Below, in pieces: positions 53,094 through 56,630 of a DNA stretch of 56,630 nucleotides. Both the position numbers and the translations under genes were made by a program. Numbering within the stretch: the stretch's first letter is position 1; each line of letters opens with the position of its first letter. Source of the stretch: Thermomicrobiales bacterium (lineage in GTDB: Bacteria; Chloroflexota; Chloroflexia; Thermomicrobiales; CADCWN01); assembly GCA_035708265.1 (NCBI GenBank), contig DASSSV010000347.1, positions 1-56,630 on the forward strand, written 5' to 3'. The notes beneath the pieces are model-generated. The model had not been told where the DNA came from, made no database searches, and saw nothing but the letters and a program-made list of their open reading frames with translations.

Positions 53094-53660
53094 CTAGCTT
53101 CCCCCCTCGCCGTAGGCGGCCCGGAATGCTTCGCGCGCCCGGAAGAGGCGCGTCTTGACCGCGCCGGGCGAGATGCCGAGGATCTCCGCGATCTCGTTGC
53201 AGGAGAGCCCCTCGTGGCTGTGCAGCAGGAGCGGCGCGGCGTACTTCGCCGGCAACTTCGCCAGCGCCCGCTGCACCGCCTCCGCCTCCACGACCGCGCT
53301 GTCGGCGCTGCTCGCCTCGATGCCGTCGTTGAGGAGCGGCAGCCAGCGGATCAGTTTGCGACGCCGCAGCGCGCTGAAGGCCGTGTTGCCGGCGATCCGG
53401 TAGAGCCAGGGCGCCAGCCGGAGGTCATCGCCCATCCGCGGCAGCGCCTTGTACGCCTTGAGGAAACTATCCTGGGCCAGGTCATTCGCCAGTTCCCGGT
53501 CGTGGACGAGCCCATAGATATAGTTGACGATGCGGTGGTGATACCGCTCGAAGATCTCGGTGAACGCGGCGGCGTCGCCGCGCCGGGCGCGCGCCACCAA
53601 TAGATCGTCGACAGTCTGGACCGCTGCGGCCGGTGCCGCCCCTAGCGCATGTTCGATCAT
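53094..53660 (-). CDS. ECF-type RNA polymerase sigma-70 family factor
   Basis: Region 2 (FTEIFERYHHRIVNYIYGLVHDRELANDLAQDSFLKAY) and region 4 (LSCNEIAEILGISPGAVKTRLFRAR) are present. ATG 53660 follows a G-rich Shine-Dalgarno. The ORF can be extended to 53699. Confidence 0.85.
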   Translation of the reverse strand: MIEHALGAAPAAAVQTVDDLLVARARRGDAAAFTEIFERYHHRIVNYIYGLVHDRELANDLAQDSFLKAYKALPRMGDDLRLAPWLYRIAGNTAFSALRRRKLIRWLPLLNDGIEASSADSAVVEAEAVQRALAKLPAKYAAPLLLHSHEGLSCNEIAEILGISPGAVKTRLFRAREAFRAAYGEGGS

Positions 53661-53830
53661 AGCGCCCCCATCGCGCATCACAGCGATGTTCCACAACACA
53701 TTAACGCACCGGCTCGGGCCGTGGTTCCCGCCACCCCGCCGCGCGCCTCATTGAGGCGGATGTTGAGGCGCGTGTGCCATGCTGAGGGTATCGGCGGCTA
53801 CAGCATTCGCGTTCGGAGGGGGGTAGGACC

Positions 53831-54664
53831 GTGGCGGTAGACGTGTTGACGCCGGCGGCCCTCACCCCCCGGCCCCCCCGCCCAATGCTGGGAGAGGGAG
53901 AGTGGCCGGGAGAAGCGGCGGGAATCTTCCTGGCCGGCGCTCTCGAAGAGCAGCACCCTGTTCAATGCAGAGCCTCCCCCCTCGCCCGGGATTGGGAGAG
54001 GCGGGTGCCCTCTGAGCGCGGGGGGAGGGCCGCCATCTTCCCGGCCGGCGCGCTCGACCCGGCACGGGTGGTCCTGCCGGACGGCGGCACGCCGGATGCC
54101 AGGGCGTGGCGCCGGGAGGCGGGGCGCGCCGACGGCCTGACGCTCATCGCCGCGCTCCCCGCGGGCGACCGCTGGCGGGTCTGCGGCGAACTCACCCTCA
54201 GCCTGCGCCCGGGCGGGCGGGGTAGCCTGGACCGGGTCTACGTCGCGCCGGCGGCGCGGCGGCTGGGCGTCGGGACGGCGCTCGTCCGCGCGGCGCTCCG
54301 CCACGCCCGCGCGGCCGGCCTCGCCACTCTCGAGGAGTACATCCCCAACCTCTATGCGGTCACCGGAGGCGCCGTGACGCGCTACGAGCCGATCGGGGCG
54401 GAACTCGGCGGCGTCCGCTCGCTCGGCACGGCCGCGCGGGCCTGCGCGGCGGAGCGGCAGGTCTGCCGGGTGGCGCGGATCGCGCGCGCGTGGCACACTG
54501 GGGAGTGGGGGCGCGAGGGGCGCATCGGCGCGGCGCTGGAGATGCCCCTGGCCGCGCCGCTCGCGCCGCCGCGCACAGGCGACGCACGGCTGGCCGATCT
54601 GGAGGCGGCGATCGTCGCGGAGATATACGCGACGATCGGCGCGGCCAGCCTCGCGGCCCTCTGA
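53831..54664 (+). CDS. GNAT-family N-acetyltransferase-like protein (start uncertain)
   Basis: LDRVYVAPAARRLGVGTALVRAALRHARAAG resembles the acetyl-CoA-binding motif A. The first ~80 codons consist of GGGAGAGG-type hairpin and duplicated sequence and may be non-coding. GTG 54068 is an alternative start. Confidence 0.45.
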   Translation: MAVDVLTPAALTPRPPRPMLGEGEWPGEAAGIFLAGALEEQHPVQCRASPLARDWERRVPSERGGRAAIFPAGALDPARVVLPDGGTPDARAWRREAGRADGLTLIAALPAGDRWRVCGELTLSLRPGGRGSLDRVYVAPAARRLGVGTALVRAALRHARAAGLATLEEYIPNLYAVTGGAVTRYEPIGAELGGVRSLGTAARACAAERQVCRVARIARAWHTGEWGREGRIGAALEMPLAAPLAPPRTGDARLADLEAAIVAEIYATIGAASLAAL

Positions 54665-54811
54665 CGAAGTACGAATGACGAAGTACGAAGTACGAATAGG
54701 CGCGAGGGGGCGTCCTGCCTGTTCGTCAGCCCCTCGGCGGTGAACGATCGCCCCGCTCATCACTCGTCATTCGTCATTCGTCATTCGTACTTCGCACCTC
54801 GTACTTCGTCG
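54663..54811. repeat. Heptad hairpin element (GACGAAG/TACGAAT x5, then CTCGTCA/TTCGTCA/TTCGTAC x8)
   Basis: Tandem 7-nt units in two partly complementary arms (54663-54697 and 54756-54811). The upstream TGA stop overlaps the first unit. Confidence 0.85.
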
Positions 54812-54825
54812 TTGGGGGTGGCCGG

Positions 54826-56630
54826 GTGCGGAGAGGGCTCGGCAAGGTCTTCCGGCGCAGCAGCATCGTGGCCGATCTCGCCCTGCTGATCGTCGTCACG
54901 CTGCTGCCGCTCATCGTGCTCGGCGGCTACCTGTCGTACCGCACGATGCACGAGGAGCGCGCCGCCATCTACGCGGCGGCGCTCAGGCAGGCGCAGGAGA
55001 CCGCGCAGCGCGCCGACAGCCTCATCACCGACACGCAGGGGAACCTGACGATCCTGGCGCAGACGACGACGCTGCGGCAGGGCGACCCGGCCACGACCCG
55101 CGCCCTCCTCCTCGAAGTGAAGGCCCGCTTCCCCTACTACGACGATCTCTTCGCCGCCGACGCGACCGGCAACGTCTACGCCTTCGCGGCGCAGAGCGCG
55201 CGGCCGGACGGCACGCGCGTGGACGTCGGCGACCAGCCCTACTTCCAGTCGCTCCTGCAGAACGACAAGCCGGTGATCAGCGATGTGGTGATCTCGAAGG
55301 TCACCGATCGCCCGGTGGTCGTCGTGGCGGTGCCGGTCCACCGGACCGGCGACAGCGGCCCGCCGACCGGCACGGTCGCCGCGACGCTCGACCTCGTTCG
55401 GCTCCAGCAATGGCTCGACAGCCGCACCCTCCCGCCGCGCACGACGATCACCGTCGTGGACGACCAGGGGCGCGTCCTCGCGCGCAGCCTCGACCCCGAC
55501 CAGTGGGTCGGCAAGACGATCGCGGATCTGCCGGTCGTGCGCACGGCCATTCGCCAGCACCAGGGAATCTTCGACGGCCGCACCGACGAGGGCGTCCAGC
55601 AACTCGACGGCTTCGCGACGGCGCAGACGGTGCCCTGGGTGGTGCTCGTCGGCATCCCCAGCGACGCGGTCTACGCGCCGCTGCGCGCCGAGATCCGGCT
55701 GATGATCGTACTGCTGGTGCTCGTCGCCTTCGCCACCACCGTCCTCGCGCTCGTCGTCGGGCGGCGGGTGGTCCGCCCGATCCGCCAGTTGACGGACGGC
55801 GCGACGACAATCGCCGACGGCGACCTCTCGCACCGGATCGCGCTCCGTCGGCGCGACGAGCTGGGGCGGCTGGCGACGGCGATGAACCGCATGGCCGATA
55901 CGCTGGTCGGCTACATCGTCGCGCTGCGCGGCGCGCAGGAGCAGTTGGAGACGGCGGTGGGCCAGGTGGGCCGCGCCCTCACGTCGGCGGTGGAGCCGGC
56001 CGCCCTGCTGACGCCACTCGTCGAGGCCGCGGTCGGGCTGACGCGCGCCGACGCCGGCCTGCTCGCCTTCCACGACGACGGCCCGCCGGTCGTGGCCGGC
56101 GCGCTCGACCCGCCCGAGCCGGCGCGGCTCGCGGCGCTGCTGGCGCGCTGCGCGGCGGCCGGCGATCGCCCGTCCGCGCTCGACCCGGCCGACCCCGCGT
56201 CGCTCGGGATGCGCGGCTGCCTGGCGGCGGCGGTCGTCGCGCGCGGGGAGGCGCTCGGCACGCTGGTCGTCTTCCGGCAGCGGGAGGGCGCCTTCAGCGA
56301 GGCCGAGGCCCGCCTGCTGCGCATCTTCGCCGACCAGGCGGCGGTGGCGGTCGAGCAGGCGCGGCTGCGCACGGCGGTCTCGGAGGCCGAGGCGCTGCGC
56401 GAGTTGCACCGGCTGCAATCCGACTTCGTCGCGACCGCCTCGCATGAGTTGCGCGCGCCGATCGCCGGGATCAAGGGCTACGCCGAGGTGCTGCTGCGCG
56501 ACGACCTCGACCTCGACGCGACGACGCGCCGCGACTGCCTGGCCGGCATCAATCGCCTGGCCGACCGCCTGGGGGCGCAGGTGCGCGCCTTCTTCGACGC
56601 GATGCGCGCCGGCGAGCGCCGCCTGGGGCT
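54826..56630 (+). CDS. Sensor histidine kinase (TM, Cache-like, HAMP, GAF, HisKA), 3' end off window
   Basis: The frame from GTG 54826 is open to the window end, so it is absent from the ORF track. A TM segment is followed by a periplasmic domain, a second TM segment and HAMP (RPIRQLTDGATTIADGDLSHRI). GAF-like LGTLVVFRQREGAFSEAEARLL and the H-box FVATASHELRAPI follow. The 554-aa reverse ORF 54781-56445 is its antisense shadow. Confidence 0.8.
   Translation, partial: MRRGLGKVFRRSSIVADLALLIVVTLLPLIVLGGYLSYRTMHEERAAIYAAALRQAQETAQRADSLITDTQGNLTILAQTTTLRQGDPATTRALLLEVKARFPYYDDLFAADATGNVYAFAAQSARPDGTRVDVGDQPYFQSLLQNDKPVISDVVISKVTDRPVVVVAVPVHRTGDSGPPTGTVAATLDLVRLQQWLDSRTLPPRTTITVVDDQGRVLARSLDPDQWVGKTIADLPVVRTAIRQHQGIFDGRTDEGVQQLDGFATAQTVPWVVLVGIPSDAVYAPLRAEIRLMIVLLVLVAFATTVLALVVGRRVVRPIRQLTDGATTIADGDLSHRIALRRRDELGRLATAMNRMADTLVGYIVALRGAQEQLETAVGQVGRALTSAVEPAALLTPLVEAAVGLTRADAGLLAFHDDGPPVVAGALDPPEPARLAALLARCAAAGDRPSALDPADPASLGMRGCLAAAVVARGEALGTLVVFRQREGAFSEAEARLLRIFADQAAVAVEQARLRTAVSEAEALRELHRLQSDFVATASHELRAPIAGIKGYAEVLLRDDLDLDATTRRDCLAGINRLADRLGAQVRAFFDAMRAGERRLG

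Overview
This is a very GC-rich bacterial chromosomal segment (about 70% GC by eye, not computed). Gene content and repeat style suggest a Chloroflexota/Thermomicrobia-like organism, but that is inference only. The centre is a complete 14-gene NADH:quinone oxidoreductase operon, nuoA to nuoN (20.6-36.3 kb). It is interrupted by a DUF433/DUF5615 toxin-antitoxin (TA) cassette between nuoD and nuoE, by long palindromic elements between nuoF/nuoG and nuoI/nuoJ, and by a heptad-repeat hairpin between nuoL/nuoM.

Upstream of the operon:
- a partial phosphotransferase-family kinase;
- a fused AhbA/AhbB-type siroheme decarboxylase next to a HemQ/ChdC coproheme decarboxylase;
- an aldo/keto reductase and a Ser/Thr kinase;
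- a PAS-GGDEF-EAL protein;
- a class I plus class II diterpene synthase pair, translationally coupled to a receiver domain and a histidine kinase;
- a GAF-GGDEF-HD-GYP protein, YjbQ, an aldehyde dehydrogenase, a Uma2 endonuclease, a membrane protein and a decayed TA pair.

Downstream of the operon:
- tRNA-Pro and tRNA-Gly, followed by a Phd/PIN TA pair and an immunity-like protein;
- a reverse-strand block: membrane protein, RecQ, amber-interrupted DUF362, methyltransferase-like protein, two cyclophilins, HD hydrolase, an XPB-type helicase and its 922-aa helicase-associated/WYL partner;
- two tRNA-Ser genes;
- sigma-54 (rpoN) with a Cys4 insertion;
- an alpha/beta hydrolase, an ECF sigma/anti-sigma pair, a GNAT-like ORF and a partial Cache-HAMP-GAF histidine kinase.

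The most pervasive unexplained signal is a family of intergenic hairpin elements built from tandem 7-nt units, at 11 or more sites, plus related 100-140 nt palindromes. No CRISPR array, rRNA, transposase or integrase was seen. Many long ORFs in the supplied track are alternate-frame or antisense artefacts of the high GC content.
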